Assembly (NCBI RefSeq): GCF_002113885.1
Contig: NW_018408922.1
Location: 2,098,458-2,162,457 of the forward strand
Source: Mizuhopecten yessoensis
Lineage: Eukaryota
Reading direction: 5' to 3'
Length of the DNA: 64,000 nt
Shown: positions 12,969 through 24,958 of the stretch, one piece after another
Layout of the letters: every line of letters begins with the position of its first letter
How positions within the stretch are numbered: the first letter of the stretch is position 1
The notes under the pieces: model-generated
Seen by the model: the letters and a program-made list of their open reading frames with translations, nothing else
Database searches by the model: none
What the model was told of the DNA's origin: nothing
Position numbers and translations under genes: made by a program

Positions 12969-13916
12969 CTTAATGGTAGGGCCGGCTCGATTCCCCTCTG
13001 GGCAAAGCAGGCGGAAGGCTTGACGCTTAAAGTGGATCAGACAGTTGCTACAGTGTTGACAGTAGCCTCCTCCGCGGGGACTTGACCTCTCGCCCCGGCC
13101 TGTGGGGGGAAGGTGAACCACAACTCTGTCGTAAATCCCTGGGGCGTACTTAGAGCCGACCCCTTTACCCGACGGCGGGGTAGAACACATAAACGAATTC
13201 TCGTAGACTCCACTAGGACGTTTGGCTGGGGTAACATCTGAGGAGGGGGACAAGGCACGTCTCTCCTGAGATGGTGGCGACCGACAACGGGATGGGCCCC
13301 GATCACTGAGGGGTGACATAGCCCTATGTGGGCCCCTGTCTCTGGGAGGAGATTTACACCTATAGGGGTCGTGATCGCTTTCCGGCGATAAACACCTCTG
13401 CTGATTCCTCCCACTAGGTGGCGACATGCACCTTTGAGGACCCCTGTCGCTCGGAGGAGATTTACACCTTTGGGGGCCTCGATCACTTTCAGGAGATAAA
13501 CACCTCTGTTGATTCCTACCACTAGGTGGCGACATGCACCTTTGCACGCCCCGATCATTGACAGGAGATGCAGGCCGTCCAAAAACAAACGACAACTCTG
13601 TGGCGGAGTCATCCGTGAACTTAACCTGGCCTCCGTCAGTAAGCGGTGAGAATGTTCCACGAATCGGGTAATCCATGATATCTTGATCCTGGGGGGTTGA
13701 GAAATCCATGCAAATATCCTCACCGTTGTGTAGTATTGGCCCCCCTCGGCTGACCCAATCCGACCCCTCCTTAATGGCTCGAAGCTCTTTCACTGTGGCA
13801 GACTTTTGGGATTTGTCTGGAGACGGCGACGGCAATTTTCGGATTTTCGCCTCACCACCAAACATGTGTACCGCAGTCTTCACACTGACAGTTTCTGTGT
13901 AGCCGTCTCTGTCATT
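12969..13916 (-). CDS. KIF26: Large internal coding exon (316 codons, phase 0-0) of a KIF26-like kinesin-11 gene, N-terminal non-motor region
   Basis: Acceptor TATGTAATTTCAG|AAT at 13917/13916 and donor AAG|GTAAGTCA at 12969/12968. The exon is 948 nt, fully open (NDRDGYTETVSVKTAVHMF...AGPTIK), and much more GC-rich than its flanks. Its C-terminal YCQHCSNCLIHFKRQAFRLLCP resembles the KIF26A/B N-terminal motif (human KIF26B ~[22 protein letters not shown], recalled from memory, not searched). Confidence 0.85.
13269..13556 (-). repeat. Coding tandem repeat, 8 x 36 bp (12 aa, consensus DRGPQRCxSPPS)
   Basis: Translation DRGVQRCMSPPS GRNQQRCLSPES DRGPQRCKSPPS DRGPQRCMSPPS GRNQQRCLSPES DHDPYRCKSPPR DRGPHRAMSPLS DRGPSRCRSPPS. 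Near-identical DNA at 13393 and 13501 (108-bp offset). Confidence 0.92.
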
Positions 13917-16900
13917 CTGAAATTACATAAGAACGGGAAAATATTATAACCTTACTCGGAAAATCCTTTTGAGCATTAGAACTTTGTAAAGCTAAAATTA
14001 AAGACATTTTTCTTAGTTATACACTTCAGAGATACTTTTTAATAATGTTTAACGAACAATACATACTTGTTATACTGCCATTTTGTGTAAAGTGAAAATT
14101 TGGCATTATAAAGGAGTATCCGTCAGATCAAGGTAGCTGTTTAACAAATTGATATGAAAAAGACAAAAGCAAGCTTTCTTTAACTTTGGCAGTTCAAGTT
14201 GGGTGGAAAATTAAACAAAAGGATATTATTATATCAGTTTTCAATGTATACATGTATTTTGGGACAGTGCAATATGCAACTGGTAAAACTTGAGACATAT
14301 TAATTAAGTTTTGACAAAATATCAAATTTTGATTGAGTTTCCAATTTAAGAGTCAGAAATCACACAAGATTTGATACAAAATGTCTGATGTGATTTTTTT
14401 CATCTTTATAATAAAAATTATAAATAAGATCTATGAGCTGATGTAAGACTGTTCCGTTTTGTGATATACATACACACACAGACTACTCTGTATAGGTAAT
14501 TTTTCTCTCTTGACACCCTGATTTAACGGACTAGTTTGTCAGGTAAGGTGTCATTGTCTCACCTGAGAAATGTCACCTGTATTCATTAGGAAGAAATATT
14601 TACCTCGACCCATAATTCATCACTGTAAACAAAATAAATCTGACATCCTGGATTTGACAACGTTTGTTTTGGAGGGAGAAAAAAAACACCTCTGTTTATA
14701 AAGACGGTAAATCCGAAACACTGAGGCGTGGAAACTGTAGGTCTGATGTTTGTGAAATAGACCCTCATTCGTCTTAATCATTTCAAGAGTAGATATCGCC
14801 TTGACATATATATACCAACATACATATTCTTTATAAACCTATTCTATATCATAACTCTATTATTTTAGCGTTTATGTAAGTACATAGTATTAAAACACTT
14901 CAAAAGATAATAGCAAAAAATCACTCATACATGTATACATGTATAAATGTTTTATTTTATAATTATTTAAAAAAAAAAGTCTTTTGAAGATTGCTTTGTT
15001 CCAGATAAGCCTGGGCCAACACTGATATTTTAAGAACATTCATTGTAAAACTATTTTGCAATCCGATTCAACAATATCACCTACTCATATATTCATTGTT
15101 GTTCAAGTTCTTGTATTGTTCTTAATTTAATTAAGATGTTGTGCATATTTTGTACACAATATAATTGTACCCATTTGAATAATCATAAAAATATTGTCAG
15201 ACAAAGTAACACATTTGATCTTTCACGGCAAGAACCAACTTTTCAACTGCATTGTCCTGTTCAAATTTTAAACGCCAAATTAAAATTCAGTAACAGGAAA
15301 AAATAATTCATTAACGTGTTTGAACTAATTATCTGACAGACATCATGAGCTGATATATATCACATGAACCGTGAAATCGTGAATCGACTCTGGTAACCAG
15401 CTTACGTAATTACGTGATTGTGTTCGGTAATCTCAACCATTTATCTGGCCAAGTAGTACCTATTTGTCGGAGTGTTAACCCTTCGTTTCCAGCCGTCCAT
15501 GCACTTGGTTCAGACTTTAAGAATCCCAGAGACCATACAGGCTATGGAAAATGGGGATCGAGCTAGAAAATCCTTACATGGCACTCTTTTTCGGGGTTAT
15601 TAAGGAACTGTGACAGATTCCATTTAAAATACTAGGCTTTATTTAGGGGGCACCTGTACTAGCGTCTGGGTTAATGATAATGACATTTATTCAAAACTAC
15701 TTAAGGGTAAATAACATTTAAAGACAGTGTTGAAAATGTGTATATATCATTTGGTTTGTATGTATAGTTTGCAATAGACATCTGCCTGTCGAGTCGAAGA
15801 CGATATATTTTAGATCCCACAGACGTAGGGCGTAGTCTGGGCGCTGATAAGTACCACAGTTTAGGTGTACATGGTACTTTAAGGTCGCCAAGGTCTTCGA
15901 GCACATCACTCAAAATTACACCAAAAATACATTACAGGCTTAAAAATACATTGTACTGCTCTGACAGCATTACCAATGTAACTGATTAAGAAAATAAAAA
16001 CGTAACAATGAAATATTGGAATGTTAGACATTGCAGTTTTGGTCAACTTTGATAATGCCAAAAAGTCAATTCTGCTGAGCTCTGCAGAACTTTATTTGCA
16101 GAATTGCGGCAAGAAATTTTAATGAATTTTATAATCATATAATTTTCAAATAAAGTGCAATGAAACCCATTAAAGTACAATTACTTTTTATACGGTGTCA
16201 ACATACAATGCAGTCATTTCACAAGTTCGACGGAAACTGATCAAATTACGAATCTTCAGATAGCCGATTTGGCTAGTGACTGTTTTTAAGGAAATGTACA
16301 GTTCTGTTATCCCAAGATTGAGTACATTCACGCATTTTCTCTGACAAAGGAAAATCCTACGGCTTAAATTCACATCAGTGACCATTTATCATAGTAGGCC
16401 ATTAAGCGAGACCTTTCTCATCCAATATTGGACTGAAAAGCCACAATACCAACCGTCCATTTTTGGTGTACGACCATTTTTCCCCGTTAATCCTCAAGCA
16501 GGGGAGTCATTAATGAATATCTTCATCAGTAATTTCATTTTCTTCAATGTACTTTAATTTGTCGCAATGATTACCCCATGGTTTCACACCTCAGTTCCGA
16601 TAATTAAAAGAAATCTACAATCTGCCATCTCGGTTTAATTGGTTGGGTCATATCCCCTTCTATCACGTTTTTTGGTCAAAACCCTGTAGCCACCTATCTC
16701 ATCATGGTAGCCTAGAGGCTTGGTCTAGCACCTTAAACGTCAAAACCCATCTGTATCGCCAATTCAAAACAATATTTTCCATTCAAGCAATTCAGCGATT
16801 TGTCTCGTAAATCTGCTAGTGTTGTGTTCATCGCCACTATTTATGTCCAGGTTTCCACCACGGTAATTGCGAGATGTAGTACATCACATGGTGGAAACCA

Positions 16901-17050
16901 CCCCCAGCATCTGTATCTTGTACTTTTATCCCTTAAACTAGTTAACTTATTAATTAATTAGAAACTTAAGAATTTGTTAGTTTTTGTAATATCATTATGA
17001 ATTCTGAATCATACTAATTATAATTTAAAGCAAAATTTCTCTTAATTCAT

Positions 17051-17076
17051 AAAAAAAAAAAAAAAAAAAAAAAAAA
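17051..17076 (+). repeat. Poly(A) run, 26 nt
   Basis: Seen directly. Confidence 0.9.
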
Positions 17077-20000
17077 TAACCTAGTAATTTTTTCAGAAAA
17101 AGGAAAGAAATTAAGAAAACTGAGATTTTTTATGCAAAGTACATTTGTAGCTCGCGCCATAATCTCTGTAAGGATTTAAATCAGAATCTAGCTAAATTGA
17201 TACAATAATCATATCTTATGGTACTATCTTTCAAGAGAAAATTTAGAACAGTGAAAAATAGAAATATTAATTCATAATATAATATTTACTTGTGACAACT
17301 ATTTGACTCAAGCCGATGAAGAGGCATGTTGGTNGGGGTCTGAAAAGAGTGTTAAAAGTTACAGAGATGCCTATAGCTGTCTCAAATTTTGTTGCTTTAA
17401 TATTTCCTTCAATTTGTAAAACTCTTCAACTCTGTCAAGATTTGTGTTTGTGAACTTATCTTCGTTCAAATAATACTACAATGTCCTTGCATATTATATG
17501 TTATGTAGATACTGTCCATGAAGCCTTTATTCCGGTCTTGGCTAGTGTTTCGTGTTTTCCGATAAGCACCATATTGAACCGTACAATCTAATTGTTCTGG
17601 TCATCTCAATGAGATAAATGTGATAAAAAGCACCCGACCCTAATTGTTTAATCTTGAATGTCAAACGTTCACAGGACTAAGATATTATACATCGCCTGTT
17701 ACATCACAGGTCCATACATTCGAAGCGTCTGTTTACTGTTTGTCTAACGTGATGGAGTGTCTGTCTGATGTCCTCATCGAACCACTTAACAAACTTCATT
17801 TGAAATCTAATCTACCCTTCTGTACGCCGTAGAACAAAGAACACACGAACCAGTTAGTCAACAAAACTACATTTTATAATCAGAGAATAAATAGATGTCT
17901 ATCTTATACCTACCTAGGGCCTGAAGTGTTATCATACCAATATAGACAAGTAGGCCCTCACTACACACATACAACCATTCTTTACAAGCCTTTCATCTAC
18001 CCTGAACTGATAACTATGATCTGGGTCAAAGAGATGCTTCTTTCAAGAAGGACTAGGGTTGCTATGGAGGTAGTACTGCTTTGCATTTGTTTTATGCTTA
18101 AACAATCTAATAGAAAACTTTAGGCTAAATTGTTTATATATTTCATAAAATATAGTGCAGCTCTGATCTGTTTAACCTTAAAAAGTTTATGGACTCCTCT
18201 AAAAACTGTAGAAAGTCTGCATTTATTTTCATAGTAACCTCCATTGCAAAGAGTGGGTTGGAAGAAAAACGATAATAGGGCCATATCATTAGTAGCCTTA
18301 ATTCTTCGAACAAAGTTCTACGAATCAGTAAAAATACCCATTAACATATGAAGACACATTTCGCTACAAATACATGTATCTTATTTTTTAAGAGAAAGAT
18401 ATCCATTTTCGAATTACCTTCCGATTTTTGTACCCATAATGCCAAGGACAAAACCTATTATTTTTTTTAAATCCCAACGCAAGACACTTCCAATAGGCTT
18501 TTTCTCTAATTTCGTCGGAATGAAAAAACATATTTGAAACCAAATATTTGAAAAATCCTTTGATATTTCATCAATTTGCTTAAGAGTGTGCAGTACAACC
18601 TATAATTATATAAGGGTTAATTTGGCTGTGCCGATTTCTAATGATCCCATTATAGTCTTATTTTACTCAAGATTTTAAAGAAATTTTACTCAGAAAGAAA
18701 GTGTCATTTATCAAAAGGATGGTTAATGCCCCATGTATCAGGATTCTGTCTTCGGGATTCAAATATTCTCAACACTTTCTATTAATCAATGTCGACTGTT
18801 ATAATGCGAGTCACTTAATTCCCTTTCGGTTTTTGGGGTCTGAATTCTCATCCCCTGATACATAGAGAAATAAGCACCCTGTGTCCCTTTAAGGGAGCCC
18901 ATACTGTGTCCCGCTAATGCCCTAAACATCTTCTGGGGTTAAACCCCTTCCCGTTTGGAAAGTCACAATAAACCGCCATTACATGGCATTCTATTTCCAA
19001 ATTACCATTACCAGATGAGTAATTACTTTGGCACATGATGGTCACATTTTTTTTGTACACCTCCCCATCAACGAAAATGGAGAATGTGTTCCGACTGATA
19101 AAATCTAGCTATATTCGCTGATGTATTGAGGCAATCACAGGAACAATCTAAAAACTGTTTATTAAAAAGCTGTAACTGGCAGTAATTACAACATCCGTGC
19201 ATTTCGTAATTGGTGTATTTGTAATTAGTTTTAACGATCGAGTGATATAATGGCTAATATTCAATACAGAAATATGTAATAAAATTTCAATAAAAAAAAT
19301 ACTGTGATAGTTGTCTAATCCTAATCCCAGAGTATTCTGACATATATTATACTGGTTTATTGTTGTATCCCTGTTTATTATGAAAACTAACAGATGATAC
19401 CTGTGCATTCCAACATCATGTCTAATCTGACCATTATATTGTGTCTCAAAAGAGTGTCAGATAAAACAGGTTTTGTTGCAGAAGAAATCTTCAGACAAAG
19501 CATTTATTTTATTTTTTCACTGAAAATTTATCAAAATAATCAAGGTCTCCAAAAAACTTCCCATACATAACACACATCCTATTAGGCAGATAGGCAGACG
19601 GAGTGTATACAACAGGCATATGAAAAAACTGTGTTGTTTTTGTCTGTAAGTAAATTGGATCTTGCAGCATATAAAATTCCATAACACACTGTAAATAAGT
19701 AAAACAAATTTTGAATACACTAAATTTGTAAATAGCGTCTACGAAGGTTGACACAAACGACCAAAATGATGGATTAATTATTTCATTATCACAAATAAGC
19801 ATAAATGTGTCTAATGACAAGTTCTGAAAAAAGTTTTCTATCCTGTTGTTTGGCGACTTAGACACACAGACTATACCGTAATCTATTCTATTTATATCCA
19901 AACGTTCATTAGCGAAAAATCATAAAAAACTCATTTGCCCACCCATAAAAAATTCACTTTTCGTGACATTTTGTGAACTTATGACACCCATAGTTAGGGC

Positions 20001-21199
20001 ATTTTCTTGACACGACAGTTAATGTACGGTAACGTTGAATGACGAATATATTATAAACTTCTACATGAAAAATAATACTTTTATTTAAATATGATAGTGC
20101 TGTTATCTTGTTTGTGGCATTTGATTGATTTACAAATCCTACGTTTTACACTACCTACTGGCAAGAGTGTCACATGACCGATCTTGGTGTCATGTTAGGG
20201 TTGAGGTCACACAACTAAAGGACCTGACAAGGTCAAGGTCATTTGAAACACAATGTTTATGTGTTGATATATATATATATTTATATATACATTCTATCAT
20301 ATTCAACTTTTGGTAAAGTTAGTTTTATTCCGTCACATGCTATTTTTCTTTATACTGAAATTGTTTGCATTTTCTCTAGCTGGAATCCTCAAGATTTTTT
20401 AAGAAATAAGTTTTAATTACATGTATATTAAAAATTCAGACAGGAACTTGAACACCAAATTTTTTTTTTACAATTTTCTTTTTTCCTCCTTTTTTATATT
20501 ACTTAACATGCAATTTCTGACCAATTTTTTTTTAAATTTCTAAATAATATACTACATGTAAAATATTAATGCAAAAGAAAAAGACAAATAAATTGAAATC
20601 AAATAAAAGAAATAAAACATGTTTATTACTTAAAAGACAAGGAGAAAATATCATCTTTGTAAAACTTAAGTGTCAGCTCGATTTGTTGGGGCTGGAGAGA
20701 AACCAGTGCCAAATAAAAACAGATCCTTCCAGATTTGTCATAACAATCCAGACAAAGAATAATTCCAATTCAGGTTTTGTCCGATTCAGAGTATAAAATT
20801 TATAGTTATTGGGTCCCACATCCAATTTATGTTATTCTTTGTCCGTAGATTAATCTTGCCCCATTAATTACTGTTGTAAATCTTTTGTTTCCTCCACAAA
20901 GTTCTGAGACCATCAAAGACATGACCCCTTAAATGGACAAGTCATTATACCAAAAACATGGCCACTAAAATGCTAGCAAATAAATAGCTTTTAACCTGGT
21001 CAATCGAAAGCTCAAATTTACAGCTGACCAACTGGCGTGCGTTGCATGGTAATCTTCAAAAAGACCTTCATTTTGGGGTTTTGTAGTTTTGGTAAAAATA
21101 TCACTGGATGTTTGTCCTAAGGTTTCCTGTCCCACTGCAGGGAAAACATAGATATAGTTCTACTTTTTAGTTTTTCATTTATACAGTTATCTCCCCTTA

Positions 21200-21420
21200 A
21201 TTTGTTTTGAATTTACTTCCTATTAACAGCTATGGTTATTTTAGGACATCTCAGGTTTTGTTGGTGGAGGAAAACCGGCGTACGGGAGGAAAACCACCAA
21301 CTTGCGGCCGGTACCTGGCAACTGACCCACGTAGGCCTCAAACCTGCAACCCAGTGGTGGTGGCCTTGGGCTAGTGATTGTAGACGGTCAGACGCCTTAC
21401 CACTGGGCCACTGTGGCCCC
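21200..21420 (-). mobile_element. tRNA-derived SINE with V-like core and ...TAGCTGTTAATAGGA(C)GT(T)AAA tail
   Basis: Minus strand reads GGGGCCACAGTGGCCCAGTGGTAAGG (A box), GGTTTGAGGCC (degenerate B box), GGTTTTCCTCCCGTACGCCGGTTTTCCTCCACC, then an A-rich CAAAACAAA tail. Confidence 0.8.
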
Positions 21421-24400
21421 CATTTGGATTGAAACTGAAGTATTCATTGGTTCTTGGTCTACTTCTTTTAACTCGCAATCCCCCTTAAATTCGCAGTGTA
21501 TAGAAATAACAAACCGGAAATATGACAAAACATCCTATTGGATGATGATCGGAAGTGACCTTTACAAAAAACATTTAGCCTGAATTTGATTGGCCATTGC
21601 AGACCTCTTAATTCACAAAAATATCAAAACAATCTAGAAACATATCATATGATCGAAAGTAGGAAATGACAGTGGCTTCCCAAAAATGATGATGCTTGAA
21701 TCCGACTGGACATTGACCTCCGAGCTCGCAAAAAATATTCAAGCACGATCTGTGGGTGACATATGAGCATAAATAACACCTTTATCGTGATCTGGCCAGC
21801 GCAGACTCCGCACAGCTCACATTTCACATCATTTCATTTGATCTGATAAAGTCAAAATGAAAACACGACGTTCTATTTCCTCTCCAGGGTGGCGGGGTTG
21901 TATCCTCGGTCGCGGTCTGTCCGGTGGACAGACTGAGAACCTGCCTCCATATCCCACAGCAGACAGATCTAATCTACGCTAAGTATTATCCAAAAATTTA
22001 AGGTTTTTTCTCGCCTGATAATTGAAATCATTGACTGATAAATTGTTTCATGCTGGGAAAACTTTCCGCGACTATATGACCCTTGCTGTCCACAGGTTAA
22101 AAGGTAACGAATGCGTCAGACAAAAGAACCTGCTTTCAGGGATTTTTGACAAGGTGAAAGTGGCATGTACAAAAAAATATACGAAATTTGAATCTTCAAT
22201 CCATTAATGCAATAAATAAACAAAATTCCCCAGACTCAAAATACCCATTTAATGTGCTAATAATGAAACCAAACTTCACAGCTAAAGGAAAATCTACCCA
22301 ATAGCTTCCTATTATCTGAGCATACCAAGACAAAAATAAGTTTTATGTTTCAGTATATATTCCTAATCAGCTAATTTCAATCGCACATTTCCTATAAAAA
22401 AGGGTGGAATATTCTTTTTTTTCCCACTGACTTGTATATTCTTATAAGTTTATTATAAAGCATCCCTATTTCAATTTTTGCTGAATAAAATGTTTCTGAC
22501 AAATAATACACCCGATAAACAGGTGTCCAATACAAGAAAAATCTTATACACCTTTGTAGACTTAAGTAATTATTACGATCCCACAGGTAATACGAAACTT
22601 GTTCAAACTACTAAGGTACAATAATAAACATTCAATGCGATGCCTCACCTGGCCAGGTAAAAAAAACAACGTCTTCAGTAGCCTTAGAGCTCACCTGGAA
22701 AACTTCTCACCTGTCTAGCTATAGTGTCGCCTCCCCAACTGGTGAATGCCCAATGAAAGTCTTCCCAGAGGCTTCCTACCTTTTAACGAATGACCCAAAA
22801 CCTGGGCCTTCACATTGTCACATGAAACAGAAATTACCCCCAATTTATAGCTTGGCCTGGTCCAAGGAACACTTGATTCCAGTCGACTTCTTTGAAGATT
22901 TTTAATATGAATAGGTATGTAGGTAAACTCGTTATGTTTATACCTACCTTTGGAAGGTCGGTAACATTAATAAAATTCCCCAGTAAATTAGTCTGTTCTG
23001 ATGTTATCACTATTCACCTTTGTTTGGTGTAGAGACACGTACATTTTTGATACCTCATCACTTCCAGACATTCTGCTGTATCGTAAATTTTATTCTTTTN
23101 CCCTTTCCCCCCTCCCCACCCTTTGAGCAGATTGGTGTCGGCTATAACTTATATAGCCCCCTGCTATTAAAGTATAGCGGAGACACACTTATTTAAACAG
23201 ACTATAAACTCCATTTTATGTGTTTAGATATAAAATAGACAATCTTTGGGACAGAATCTAAAGAAAACTGAAAATGACACATGTTAAACCAAGGGGGAAT
23301 TTGTACAAATACACATACCGTAGCAAAGAAAATACACAAATTTTTCACATTTTACAGAATTCTAAAAAAAAAAATCTTTCAAAAATGTAAAAAGAAATTT
23401 ACATAAGATACGTAAAAGATTTAGATTGTATTTAATGTCTAGGTTTTAAAAATTCAAACTGTAGAAAGTTAACAAAAAATAAAGATAATAAAAGTTTAAC
23501 ATTAATGGGTTTTCATATAGCTTTACATATATATATATAATCGGGACAGGCATGACAGTAAACCAGGGCAGGGATGTTTTATGTCACTGAAGAAAAATCT
23601 GTGTATATGTACAATATATTCGTTATTCAACTGAACAGTAACAGATACTAAATCTATTAAAAACTCACCAGAAAGATTCGTTCCCTGTTTTCTGGTATGC
23701 TAATTAATTTCCATGGATTCTTGTGACCTAACCTCCATTTGAATTATTTTCTTGAATACATTTTTTTTCTGCGAATTTAAATTTGGACTAAATTTTAACA
23801 AAACAATTACCGACATGCTGGCAAATTAAATCAACCCACAAACCTTGACCGCATTCGCCTAGCGGCTTTCTGTCAAAGTTCACACCATGTGGAAATGGTG
23901 AATTATATTACCCAGCATCCTCTACCACAGTGTCTAGAACCCCGCCCATCGGTTTGATTATTAGTACAGATTTAACTCTTGCGGAGTACAGAGAACATTA
24001 TATGAAAACAGCTGTGATTCTCCGTTCCTTTGTCCAGCATAAGCCAATATCGGCTACCTGCTTATAAATGGACACTCGCGGCCATCTTAGTCACCCATAA
24101 TGGGTGCTCCTTAGCATCGCATTGTTCAAGCTTTTGTTGTCCGAGGTCAATCTGAATAGGGAATACATGTGACGCTTTGTATGGGAGAAAACAAAATCCC
24201 GCATGAATTATTACAATAATCAAAAACATAAAAGGTTTCTCTCTTCAACCGCTGGCTGAACACTTCATTTTATCCTTGAAATTAATTCCGAGGCTCACGT
24301 CCTTGTGACAAACGTCAACCTTTTTTCTGTTTGACTGTTTTTCTTTTAAAGCAAAAATGAATGTGAAAAACACAACTCTTAACATATACATTTGTCATTT

Positions 24401-24863
24401 TCCCTTCTAACATAGTCTAGTGGAAATATATCATTTTTTGTTTTTCTCATACAGCTTTTAAAAATGTTATTAAATTGACAATAAAAATAAAAAAATTGCG
24501 TGATTTGATGGTAGTGCAAAATTTATGAAAAATTAACTTGGAGAATAACTTAACTTAGAGAATAACTTTTTTTAACCTATGCTACCTATTTAGATCTTGC
24601 ATGCATGTGACCGCCATTCCGATGTCAAGAGACTTCGACCTGTCGTTGTGCGTATTTTGTCGGGAATGCACGCCCAAGGGTATTATAAATTAATATAAAT
24701 GTACTTCACAGCAGTAAAGAAAATCTTTATATCAGTGTTGAAGTAAAATAGATAGCGTCTTATATTAAACAAGACCAGTCAACGTTATGAAATGCTGGTA
24801 CAAATTAACAACTAGATTTTCTCTAACAGAGCTATTATAAATATTTCTCTGTTATAAGTTTAC

Positions 24864-24958
24864 TGAACTCCTTCAACCCTGAAGACACATTTGAACTCTT
24901 CCAATTCAAAAGTTGGCATATATAGTCCATTATGAAATTTCAGGGGTGAATGAGTTAA
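24864..24958 (-). mobile_element. ~92-bp TTAA-flanked MITE, copy 1
   Basis: TIR (TTAA)CTCATTCACCCCTGAA. Its reverse complement aligns end to end with 38754-38845. Confidence 0.8.

Noticed and set aside
6140-13556. Shared 36-bp period of the intronic satellite, the exonic repeat and the 30.9-kb satellite
   Set aside because: No convincing sequence similarity between the units; treated as coincidence.
13037-13723. Overlapping 228-aa minus-strand ORF in an alternative frame
   Set aside because: Shadow of the GC-rich repetitive exon. The splice phases and the KIF26 motif support the other frame.
17334-17334. Single N bases (17334, 23100, 61011)
   Set aside because: Assembly ambiguities, not biological features.
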